Assembly (NCBI GenBank): GCA_965649765.1
Contig: OZ287756.1
Location: 744,001 to 808,000, forward strand
Source of the DNA: Bispira polyomma
Taxonomy: Eukaryota
Direction of reading: 5' to 3'
DNA: 64,000 nucleotides
Notes under the pieces: generated by a model
Told to the model about the DNA's origin: nothing
Database searches by the model: none
What the model saw: only the letters and a program-made list of their open reading frames with translations
Shown: positions 12,300 to 24,879 of the stretch, in pieces
How positions within the stretch are numbered: position 1 is the stretch's first letter
Layout of the letters: every line of letters starts with the position of its first letter
Translations under genes and position numbers: made by a program

Positions 12300-15210
12300 C
12301 TCCTTCACCTCTGAGATGTGGAAGTTCTGTTTTACACTTCTCCCGTGTATCATTCTGGCTGGTGTCAGATTACATAAATGGAATGCCTGCTCTCTCACAT
12401 TACCCACAGTCCTAACCCCAGGGTTAACAGTATTTGGATCCCTCTGCTGACCGCTCTCTGCGGAGACGTCAGCATAAATCCTGACCCCCCCAGCATCCAT
12501 GCTTAAGATTGGTGCATTTAACGCCCGTTCCTCGTGGAATAAGGCGTCTGCGGCTATCGACTTAATCATTGCCCAGGAACTGGATATTGCTGCCGTCTCC
12601 GAGACGTGGCTCAGCAGTAGGGATACAACATCTTTTTTGTCGGATATTACTCCTCTGGGTTACAAGTTTCTTCAGTTTCCCAGGTTACACAAATGCGGGG
12701 GATGAGTTGGCATTTTTGTAAAAAATACTCTTTCCTGTGAAATTCTAAAAAAAACAGTCCTACTCTTCTTTTGAACACATTTCATGCAAAATTTCAAATG
12801 GTTATCACTCATTCCTAGTTTCCTCCTTTTACAGACCACCCATCCCTTCTTTAACTACTTTTACTCAAGAGTTATCCAAATTTCTAGAGACCCTTAACTT
12901 TCTCCCATTTGAAGCTATAATTCTTGGTGATTTCAACATCAAGGTCGGCATAGAAAATACTATGACAAAAGATTTCAAGGTTCTCACAGTTTATCTCCAC
13001 TTCAACCCACATCCACAATCACATACTCGATCTGGTAATCGCAAGACCAAATTCAAATCTCATCAGAGAATCATGGGTAACTGACGGGATTTCAGATCAC
13101 CTAGCAACCTTTGCCTATTTAAATTTACCTATACCTGCCTCACATAAACCTTGTGTCATAAAATACAGAAACATCAGAAAAATCAATATAAACAAATTTA
13201 GAGACGATATCCTGGAAACTAATCTCATCAAACATCCATGCAAAAATGCTGAAAGTCTTAACTTACAATACAATCACCGCCTTTCTACTATCCTTGATAA
13301 ACATGCGCCATGGGTATCTAAAACCCTTCCCACAACTAACCATCATGAATGGACCAACGCCGCCATTACAGAGGCCAAAAGACGCAAACGCCAACTTGAG
13401 CATCGATGGCAACGCACAAAATCCTCCTTAGATAGAAGCCGTTACTGTATCACCACAAATAATTACAACAGGCTAATAACTGATGCCAAAAAGCAACATT
13501 ACGACTCCATCATCACTGAAAATCAGGATAATCCCAAAAAGTTATGGGCCTCCATAAACAAAATTCTACATCGAACATCAGAGAAAGTTCTCCCCATAAA
13601 CCACTGCCTTACTTTTTTAGCTGAAAAATTTGGAAAATTTTTTATAGAAAAAATCAGCAACATTCGTGATGCCTTCCCAACGATACATCACTTCAATCCT
13701 TGAAGTTCTGAAACTGATCAAATCCTCTACTATTAAATCTTGTGACTTAGATTCCATCCCAACAGTTATTCTAAGTCAAGTCTTGACATTCTAGTCACAC
13801 CCATAACAAACATATTAAACTTTTCTCTTCGGGATGGTGTTTTTCCCACATCGAAAATCGCCACCAGTCTGCTTATAGAAAATTTCACTTTACATAAAGT
13901 GCCCTTTTTTCCATCAGCAATGATATCAATCTTGCACTGGACCGCAATGACACATTGGCCCTCACCCTTCTGGATATCTCAGCTGCATTCGACACTATTG
14001 ATCATGTCCTGCTCTGCGACACTCTCAAGCAGTGGTTTGGTATAAATGGCTGTGTCCTTAAATGGATCAGATCCTACCTTACTCTTAGGGCACAAAGAAT
14101 TAAACTAGATGATCATCTATCATCTTCCATAAAGCTACCATATGGGGTACCCCAGGGATCCGTCCTTGGCCCTCTACTTTTCACTCTTTATACACATCCT
14201 CTCAGCACTGTTATCAATAAACACAGTAAAAAACACCACATATATGTAGGTGACACTCAAGTCTATCTCTCTCTCAATCCACAAAATGCAAATACTAACA
14301 TAGACCTACTTGCAGACTGTCTGTCTGATGTCCAGGCGTGGATGAACTACTCCAAAGTAAAATTTAATCCTGACAAAAAAGAATTCATCCTCATAGGAAA
14401 CAAGAAAAACAACTCCTATAATCTCTGTTTGCCATCTCCCTGCTGGAAAAAGACATACTACCTTTTGAAAATGCTAAAAACCTGGGTGTCACTTTTGATT
14501 CAGCTTTTTCGTTCAATACTCATATTGCCAACATCTGTCGGCTATTACCACATACGCGACATCAAAAGAATCAGAAACGACTTGTCCATGGACACAGCAA
14601 TAACTGTGGCAAATGCCCTTGTGAGTAGCCGCCTCGATTACTGCAATTATCTCTTGTACGGAGCAAACAAGTCACACATTAAAAAGCGCTAGTCCATCCA
14701 ATACTACCTATGTAGGGTCATTTTCCGCCTGGGTTGTCGCACAGATATCACTCCTTACCTCAAAAAATTACACTGGCTACCCATTAAATCTCGCATTTTG
14801 TTTACGATTCACGTTACCACTTTTAAGGCTGTAGTCACTCAACAGCCCCCCTACCTTGCCTCCCTTCTGTCCTTCAGTAACCACAAGAGAGGCAACAGAC
14901 TCTCGGTCACTTCGGTCAGACCAATCAGAAAGGCCGGATTCAGAGCGTTCTCCACTGCAGCTCCACGGTTATGAAACAGTCTCCCAGTTGACCTTAGATC
15001 AGTTGACACACTTATCTGTTTTAGGAAAAAGCTTAAAACCTATCTTTTTAATCTTGCCTACCCACCTTAGCTTTCCTCGTGCACGCTCCCACTTTCTTCC
15101 TTGACTTCGCAATTTCCATGGACTTAATGATTGGACCAATGATTCTGCTGTTGCGCTTTAGAAGATGCCTAGCATCAATAAAGCGCGTTAAAAATCTATA
15201 ATAATAATAA
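12300..15210 (+). mobile_element. L2-clade LINE, near-complete ORF2 (APE + RT), frameshifted and internally deleted
   Basis: APE motifs FNARS...SETWL...GG*VG, YRPP, GDFNI and SDH. RT motifs LDISAAFDTIDH, GVPQGSVLGPLLF and YVGDTQ (decayed YADD), then SRLDYCN and LHWLP. (TAA)n tail ends at 15210. Confidence 0.93.
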
Positions 15211-15999
15211 TTGATAAAAATAATTTACCTTTAACAAAACTTAATTCTGCTGTAAGTGTAATGAGGAAATCATTTAATGACGAAAATAGTACACACTCTG
15301 CTGTTTGTAGCCACGTTGTAAGGGACAATAAAGACAAACAGAGTCTACAATAATAGTGAAATTATGAATATAATGAATTGTGCATGTTTAGCATAATGTG
15401 TTGCAGAAATATTGCTTTTTTGTCCTTTTGTTTACCATACCTTATTGTACATTACTTGTATTTGTATGAAATGAAAATAAATAAAAAATAAATGAATTGG
15501 TCTGTATCTGTCCAAATTATAACCATATATAGTTTCTTATTTGTGGGTTTCTTAAAGCGTCTCTAGTGTTATGTTCCCCCACAACAGAAGACTTTCTTTT
15601 AACATTTCCTCAGTAGAAATTTTAGAGCGACAGTTTATACACTGTCTCCTTCCTCCCACATCATACCCTTCTCTCTCCCACAAACAATGTTGTCACTAAT
15701 CAGCCTTATCACCTCCCACCTTGTCTGATAAATACATGAGGGCAGTCTACGAGTAGACTTATATGTATCATATCTACTACCTCTACAAACCCTACATCAA
15801 ACCAGTGAGTGTAAGGCTGTTATCATTTGTCATCCTTCTGTGGTCATATATCTAATGTAAATGATGCAATTATTCATAGAGGTTCTAGTGGCTAGCCCTT
15901 CCCATGGAGGTATAAGTAAAAAATTACCCAATTTATTAAAAAGGTCATTTAAAGGAACAAAATTTTGGTTTATTACCTCCTAATAATGTTTTAATACTA

Positions 16000-16022
16000 C
16001 CCCCCCCCCCCCCCCCCCCCCC
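16000..16022. repeat. Poly-C tract (23 nt; potential G-quadruplex on minus strand)
   Basis: Uninterrupted C run seen directly. Confidence 0.85.
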
Positions 16023-16114
16023 GATCCCCTTTGACTTCCCCCATTAGTTTAATATCTCTTTCAATGACTTTGTATATGACATCACCCACTAAAGACCCTT
16101 TAAAGCAATGGATT

Positions 16115-19100
16115 GGCAAGGTAGCACCTCAGCGATAATAGGGTGAGTTCCAGGGGACCAGCTACTATTATGGGATAACTTATCTGCCTATATAAGCCAT
16201 CCCCACAAAATTTTCCCACCTTTTAACTAGTGTTTACAGTATTGCAGCAGAGTAAAAACATAATACTTCGTTTGGGTGACAAATAGTGGGAGTTTTTTTA
16301 TGTTTTTATTTTTATGGTTTTAATCTTACACTCTGTACTCTTTGACTGTGATAAGTTTCTTGGTAAGCTCAAGAGGTCCGTGGGCAGGAACTGTACTGTT
16401 GCTGGATCTGATGACTCTATTTTTGACCCGAGTGAGGTGAACTTGCTGAAGACAGCTTCTGATAGGAACTCAGTCTCAATTGCAATTTTGAAACAACTGC
16501 ACTCACTTAACCAAGTGATGGAGTGAATGGACCAGCCGGTGTAGCTCACAAAGGCAGCTCTAGCACAGAACCACACCAGTAACCAGGCCAGTAATTCACC
16601 TAGTAATGCTTAAACTTTTGATACTATAAATCTAGTAACTGACCCCACAGGTACTAGTAGCAAGGAGTTTTGAAATCAAAATGTACAAATACAGACTCAA
16701 GTCAAGCAAAGATTACCTGAGCTCAAGAACTTGAATGAGCCATCCTCAGGTGAAATTAAATTCCAGAGGGGAGGCGGTACTAAAGTATTAGCCAAAATAA
16801 TTAGTCGATTGGCTCTAGCATCACATATTAACAGAATGTTCTAAAACTCAGCCTAGCTATGATGACCTGTCGCTAGTTCAGTGGGCGTGATTAAAAGCGC
16901 TATGCTAGAGTACATGGTAATCAGATGGAGGATGGATACAATTTTTCGTGGGAAGTGAAGATGGAAAATTGAAATTGACATATTTGACTGACTTGATCTA
17001 GGGAAAGTGGATCGAGTCCGCCGTGTGCAGACGCAGCGACACATCATTCCTACCCAGACCTTGGCTAGTAGTAGTCTTAAAAATTCCCGAACTGCCAAGA
17101 AAAATGGCAGAAGTAAGCAAGGATCTGTTTCTTGCTGATTTTTTCAGGATCAAAATTGTCAATTCCCCAGTAGTCATAGAACAGGGGGTCAGCTTTATAG
17201 ACATGTATGTAAAAGTCACAAGACTAGCAATTGTACAAAAAAGGGTTAAAAAAACTAAGAAACAACTGCAAAAATGCAGTGGAAACTAGTCAGGGCGATA
17301 ATGTAATACATAGTCGAGTTGTGTTTAACACAGATTTTAATAATTTCAAATTGTTTGACCCGGCAATGGTAAAAAATGTGTACATATAACAAGAGCAGAT
17401 GTTCTTGCGTTAGTTATAGCCAAATATTGAAATCAAATGCTTTAAATTACAATGTACAAGAAGTAGTTGTGAAAAGGGTGGCTGTGAGATAATAGTTCAC
17501 AAACTTGGGGTATAACAACTTTCAAGCAAAGTGTCAAAAGAAACAATTCTAAAAAGAACGTTAGCATCTTTCACCTTGGTTCAAAAAAACCTGTAAGGGT
17601 GACCCCTATTGTTAAACCACTATAAAAGAACTGGGCCACAAGAGGTGTCCCCCTTAAAAACAATCAGCAAGGTGACAGAAATAACCTAACCTCACAATAG
17701 GTTCTTGCATACTTGTATATTCTTGTTCCTGTATACAATACCAACAAAGACAATGCTCTGATGGAGGGGCCGTTCATACGTCACCACACTCCCGTCCTCG
17801 GCCGAAACCAAAACCTATTTTCAACATTTAGGGCAATAGTATTGACAAATGTGTAGCCACAGATAAGTATGCATGTGCACTAAGACAAAAAAAAAACAAA
17901 TGTGACCTCTCAGCAATGCTACCTGCAGACAATGGCCCGGGCAGAGTGAATTTACTTATTGGTTCACACCCCTTTCAGATCCGGGTAATCGTATTGTTGA
18001 CAAAGGCAAAGCTGCCAGTGAACTCAGCATTATTAAGATGCATAATTGTTTACGAGCCCACGGCCAACACATTTATACAGGCCTTCAAATACCCGTATAC
18101 TAACAATTAAAAGCTACTGCTTGGCAGAAGTACTTGCATTATTATCGGACTTTGCAATTGCCTCTCTTAATCAAATACGGTTTTCCTTTGGATTTTTGTT
18201 GCAGTAATGTAACCCAATGCAATGTGAATTTGCCCAACACTTTGATATTGATTTGAAAGAGGAATGTCAGCTGGAGCCATGTTGAAAAACTTCCCATTAC
18301 AAATTTGCATTGTTCTCCTCTGATGACAAGGGACAAATCCAGTTCCAGCAATAAACATATCATTGTAGATCTGAGTTGGCCTCAGGGCCTATCCGTTAAT
18401 GCTGGGGTCTCACCAACCATGTATCCAAAAAACAAATTTTTACTATCTTATCCGTCCATTGACCATTTGACCAGTAACATCAAAAAATGGGGAGAGGTTG
18501 CCAGATATTCAAAGTAGACAGTAGTAGGGCGTTCTGTCACGTCTCTATTGACACTGGTGACATAGATCTTTTAGGTTATAATTGGAAGTCCTATTATGTG
18601 GACAGATCTTTGCCGTTCGGTTACCAAAACAGCTCAACTATTTTTCAGCATATTTTGGATGCCATTCGGTTTATAATGAAGGGTAAAAGTCACACCAACC
18701 GCAACTACATCAATGATTTTCTATGTGTATCGCTCCCCAGCAAAATTCAGCAAACTTTGATTAAATTACAAGAGTTGCTTTCTGAACTGGGGCAAGATGT
18801 TGGTCATTCCTAGCACACAAGTGATATGCATGTGTATCTTAATTAATACAGTGGATTACACAATCTTGATTCCAGCCGGAAAATTGCAAGAAATCAAGAA
18901 AAAATCAGGAAAGCAAAACAATACTGCACATATCATGAGTTACAATCCTTTCTTGGGCTCCTTTTATACGTAGCAAAATGCATCAGGTATGCTAGGGTCT
19001 TTCTTGACCAAATGCTATAACTATTGAGAGATAATTATACCCAGAAGCGTATAAAAATTACAGAGGAATTGAGTAAAGTTCTCAATTGGTTCAGAATTTT

Positions 19101-20457
19101 CATTGAAAATTTCATACAAATACATTACAAGTACTCGCCTATTTGGAATTTCTGGTTTATAACAAATTCACTGCCTCCCACATTGCTAACCAGTTATCAG
19201 GCATAAAAGCCGAATGTGTATTATTCAATATTGATGTACAACCTTTTGCCGATCAAAGAATTGTCTATTAAAATAGAGCCCTTTAGCGCCACAGGCCTTT
19301 CCAAGCTAATCTTAATTCAAATATTTACCTACCCTTGTTCAGAGCTCTGGTGGGTAAATGTGATCTGACGTATATGGCCAGATATTCAAAGCGGTGTATC
19401 TTACTAGCTTTATCAGTTTCCTTCGCTTGTCAAACTTATGTCTGTGTGAATGCTTGCCAGTTTCTCTCCTCCTAAACAAATGGCCAGATGGGATATCTTT
19501 TTTAAACTGGGTTGTGCAGTCCTTATGGTTAAATGGTCGAAAACTTGCAGTTTGATGCAGTTCCTTTGCTAACCAAACCAGGTTTACCTAATTCGCCCTT
19601 GTGACCAGTAACAGCCTTCGGGAACGTACTAGAATTCACCCGGGTCGGACATCTTGCCCTTATTTTAATATAGGCTGGGTGCTACCTGGGATCCGCTTAC
19701 AAATTCGAGAGTCCGTATGCAGCTAAAAAATGCCCTCAAATTGTCTGATTCTGTTTGCCTTTCCACACAATTCGGTGTTCAGGTGCCACACTGGCTTTCA
19801 ATAATAGCGTCAACATCCAGAACATTCATAAACACGGCACCTGGACGTTCGACTGTGTATGGTACTATATCCCGGATTCTGCCCTTACTGGCTCTAAGGT
19901 TGCAGATTGCTTTGGCTCTGTAATACTACCAACTTCCTAGAGAATATGGTGTTTGGTGGTTTGACGAAGTGAGTCGTCTCTTCAAAATTATAGAATAACT
20001 TACTTAATAACAGTGTATACAAAATTTCCTTTCACAGGAAACAAAGTTTCCTTCCTGGGGTATAAGGTTCCCCTTCATTCTTTCGAGTACATAATGTACT
20101 CCTTTATTTCAATTTTAATTTTAAAACCTTCATGTCCAAATTTCATTTGACATTTCAATTTCAAATTTGAAAACTTTAAGTCTAAAATTTAATTTAACCT
20201 AAACTTATTTCATCAGAAAGTTTAGGCTTAACTTAAACAAAATTCACATTAAGCCTTAACCTAATTTGTCTCTGTAAATTCAGGCTTAACCTTTTTTCAC
20301 AAACTTAGACTGAACTTAAGGTGACCTTATGCCTTTTTATGCTTTATATATAATAAATATTTAACTACAGCCTTTTTTTTACTTCTGTGTTTCATCAAAT
20401 GTCACAAAAGTTAAAAATGTTAACCTCTGAAATTTGTCCCTGGAGAAACTGAGGCAA
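16115..20457 (+). mobile_element. Tyrosine-recombinase retrotransposon (Ngaro/DIRS-like), element 1, decayed
   Basis: gag remnants 16314-17289. RT motifs YGFPLDF, IIVDLSWPQGLSVN, D.SRAF, LPFG and NYINDF (18130-19000). YR FHTIRCSGAT...HGTWTFDCVWYYI (19755-19940). Boundaries are fixed by the empty site in paralogous exon C, and GGCAA is duplicated at both ends. Confidence 0.88.
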
Positions 20458-23400
20458 TAACTGTTATTGCATTTACTGACAGAAGTTCTCTCCCAAGACA
20501 ACAGTTCTGAGCATTGCATGCAAACTGAGCCCTTCTGGGGAATTAATCATGTCAACATTTTTACACAGTTAAACGTAATAAGGCTTTTCTTGACAGTGAA
20601 ACAGGGCCAGTTTTGTGTGGGATGCAATATCCAAAAAGGTTTAAATAATGTGACAATTACAGAAAGTCGCATTTACACTTTCAAAACGGTTTTTATTCTA
20701 TATACACAAACGTTTGCATAAATGTAGGTGTAATATATAAAACACAACCTATTCAATTAGTAACTGATAGCATCCTTGCTAATTATTTACCTTACTCCAT
20801 ACAGTACATTCATAAATAATCAGTGTTATAATTTACACGTGTCATAGATTGGCATCTAAAACGACACCCATATTTTAACAATATCTGCAGGAATGACCTT
20901 GATGTCCAAAGGATGAATAAAAACTCTTGTACAAAATCCATGGTTGGGTATCACCAGCTACTAAGCACTGTATTATTGAATTAATGCTGATAACATTTGA
21001 TGTGAAAACTTTAACAATAGTTGAATACCAATACCGTTACACATAGTACAAACTGTACATAGCTTTTAAAACGATTTTTTAAATTTGTTCTCAGTATACC
21101 TGAATAATTGATAGTACACTGTGTTGTATCCTGTTAATGACATTAATGTGTACACAATGCAAACCATATTCCACACACATATAGATTGTTTGTGTGAGAA
21201 GTAAGGCCTTCCTCTGTGACGTCACATTAAGGACATTACTTGCATTTAGACAAAAAACACATTGTAAATAAATGAAGATGAATGCAGGAGCAGATGGGTT
21301 GTGATTTGGGCCATACATCATTGTCTTCTAAAAATGGCCATTACTTTTAGCTTGATAAATGAGTTTCAAATCTTAAGCTAAGGTGCTATTCGATTAAGTC
21401 CACCTCTCAGCCCATTCAGTGAACACAGGCTATTTGTACTGTTTATGTTGACACTTATGCGAAAGTATCAGCTAATTCTTCTGAGCTTTTACTTAGCTTT
21501 TATTTTATCATCCAGATATATTTTCAATCAAACCCCCCATTTCAGAAAAGTATTGCTGATTTACTTTCACTGAATGGCTATTTTTGTGTAACTTAATGTG
21601 TTACACAAAGATTCTTCTCCCAGAGGGGTATAATGACATGTATTTTTCTGGATCAAGAAATCGCTAATTATCACACTGTAAAATCTGCAATAATCTGGAT
21701 GTATTGCCAAATCTATTAAAATAATTATGATTTGGATTTGCATTTTCATGATAAAATTCATACACAAATAGTTATAATGTATTTAGTAGTCACATGTAGT
21801 TGGACAATTGATAAATTCATCAACCAGTTTTAATTAAACAAAATGTCATCTTTGATACGTCTAAGTTAACAAAAGCTTCACAATATGACAAGATGCTTAC
21901 CTTTACTACATTATTACTTACGGTTTGTTATGAGAGAGAAGTAATATCATTTTTAAAGTGCAATGGGAATGTGTATCATGTGTGGTACAACATTTCTGGA
22001 AGTGACAGTAAATAACCCACATCTAAAGTAGATATTGAACTTTTCACCATTTAATGTGATACAATTTTCAATCTATCCATATGTTACGTAATGCTGATAG
22101 CTTCACAGTGCCAATATAATGTAAAATAATTGTTATGGGCGATAGAAATCTCCAGAAAATGGAATCTTCTAAAGATATCGAACTGCTATCAAAGTGTTGA
22201 CAACTATAGATTTAGTTATATATTTCATTTTATTGTCAATTTTAACTACTATTTATTATATCAAGGTGCATTAGCTTATTGGTGGATGAACAAAACTGGT
22301 AGTCAGTCAAAATTTCTTAACTTAAATAAACTGCTGACTTTCCCACTTAGATAATGTGGCCAAGATTTGACCCGATAACTGTACCACTTGGCCCCTCTTG
22401 ACAAATGTCCATGTTAGCATTATATTTTGAATTGTTTAATATGAAATATTTTGGAGCCTTCTCAAAAATCAACTGGATCTATCGACAAAAAAGGACAAAA
22501 AAGACATCTACATGTCATTGTAAAACACCAACCCACCTACTTGTGTGATGTGTCCTCAATTAGCTACGGGTATTGATTGTCTATAAAACATCTCCCTCAT
22601 GACTAACAAAACAGTTTGTGATTTTCAGCCCCACAACCCAAGAGGTCCTGAAAGTGTGAATCCATAAACTGGTTTCTATTGGACATCGGTTTGGAAAAAG
22701 GTCAATCTATTTCATAATAATACAAGTATATTGAGGGATGTTTGGGAGACATCGATTGAGAGGAAAAACATCTTCCTCGTGACTAACAAAACAGTTTGTG
22801 ATTTTCAGCCCCATTACCCATGGGGTCCTGAAAGTGTGAATCCAGAATCTGATTCCTTGACATTGGTTCCGTAAAAGGGCATTCTATTTTGTAATACAAC
22901 AAAAATGGATGTTTGGTGACATCGATTGAGAGGAAGTTGTGATTTCCATTGGGATTGTTATTACAAAGATACAGTCTCGGTTCAAGACAGTAATTATATA
23001 TAGAATATGTTTATGTATAAATAGTTAGCTCAACAATAATTAAGCTGTTGTTAGTAAGAATTAACAGGACACTGTTGAAACTACTACGGTAAGGTGTTGT
23101 TAACATAGATGTTATGTATCTATCTAAAATAATCGTCTAGTTAAAGCAGTAGGACTTACAGGTACATGTAGAGACATAGTGGCTTGAACGACCACTTGGT
23201 CCTTTGTCAGTGTGTGTTCTCTACAGGATCAATATAAAGATTATTGGAGAAGTTGATAATTAGTGTCAAGCCTCTGTATCAATGAATTGATTACTAGATT
23301 ACTAGAACTGACTCTGTTACTTGAATTAAGGAAAAATTGAATTACCTTAAGACAAAGTAAATAATAGGACTAAGTATAAATTAGAATATGAATATCATCA

Positions 23401-24879
23401 GCAAATTGTGAAACATTAAACATTATAAATGTACAATTTGTTTAATGACTGCCATGGGTGGTGCCAAATTGATGCTAAAACTTCCTTCAGTGTGCTTGTC
23501 CTGTACAATAGTTGTATTCTACAACATAGCATTGGTCATCATCTAACAGCATTGGTCTGTTCAGTTGTGTTGCCCAATGATGTCGCCCCCTTATTACCAA
23601 TGCGGCTTTAAAATTCAGCTAAACCAGGGTCCCAAGATAATAAGATTAATTTCCTAGCCACTAAAACCGTGCCTGATATTGGTTTACATTGAAACATGTG
23701 GCCAACTATAGTATTTGAATGGTCATATAATTGAAATTATATTGTTCACTGAATAGACCAGTCGGATATGAATATTTTTAGGTATAATAATTGCAACTTT
23801 CTTCCCTATATTTTAAACAGGAACATATGAACAACATTTCTATCTGGCACATACATGATATATTGCTCTACTGTTTACTTGATGAAGAAAAGGGGTAATG
23901 TTGCCGAACAAATAGGACCTTAATTGGTATTATTATGATACTATGTATCCCACAGTTCGTTAAATGATAGTCCAACAATTACAGATTAAACTTTACAAGT
24001 TTAGCTAAATTTAGAAATTGTTGAAAACATAAACAATTGTAATGAGGAGCAAGTTCCGCCTTGTAATATGTGGGGTCGGAGGTGTATTTCCAGCTAATTA
24101 CAGAAAAATACTGCAATTTAATACTTTGACAGTATAAAATAATAAATTAGTTACCTGCAAACATGTTTAAATAAAACTTCATCAAAGTTATTACTTTCTG
24201 CAACTGAGGAAATGGAAGATATATATAAATAGAGTGCAAAAAGAAAACAAAGTTCACTCACAGACCGAGCGTATAACACTGCCTGTTCAGGAGGTTCTAT
24301 TTTGACATGTATCCATGGTTTGTTAGTTTGTTTCTTTTTCACCAGTTAAACTGATTTACATAACTTTAGACAATCATGGGGAATGGGCTAATTAAGAATT
24401 ACATACATTTTGAAAGGGATCCGGTTTGTGGTTTAACACAATGTCCTTTGAGTTTTGAACAATGTATATTATATCCTATTCATATTATGATCATTAAAAC
24501 CTGTTCACCACTGGGAAAAAGTAACTGCCAAAAACTGATGGAATTTTGTTGGCAATAGCTTCCAGATACGTTATTAAAGTTATTAAACCACACACCACAA
24601 AAAAGGTATATATTGGATGTTTTTCGACTGAAAATAATTTAAAAATACAAAACTATTTTCTTATTTTAAAAGGGTTAATTACATTTTTCTCACTTCACAC
24701 AGGTGTATAAATGGATACCAGGCCAACTAATGGCTGTCACTGCACTACAAGTGACAGTATGGCTAAGATGAATTGGGGGAATGATTCGAAAAAAAATTAA
24801 AATAACATGGTCACTTAAGATGGTAGTGGTGTCCTCTGGCATTCGGTCATAACTCCAGTGTGTACATCCTCAAGTATCT

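Larger units (their letters stand above)
15500..23044 (-). pseudogene. Copy 1 of an unidentified multi-exon gene family (decayed), split by a YR retroelement
   Basis: Homologous blocks F (22537-23044; cag| acceptor with ctaac branch site, |gtgggt donor), E (21901-22168; tttag| and |gtaagc), D (~20830-21430), C (16060-16115 + 20455-20730) and B (~15520-15900). Peptides include DSHFQDPMGNGAENHKLF, FTLYWHCEAI and ELLSWERTSVSK. Confidence 0.7.
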
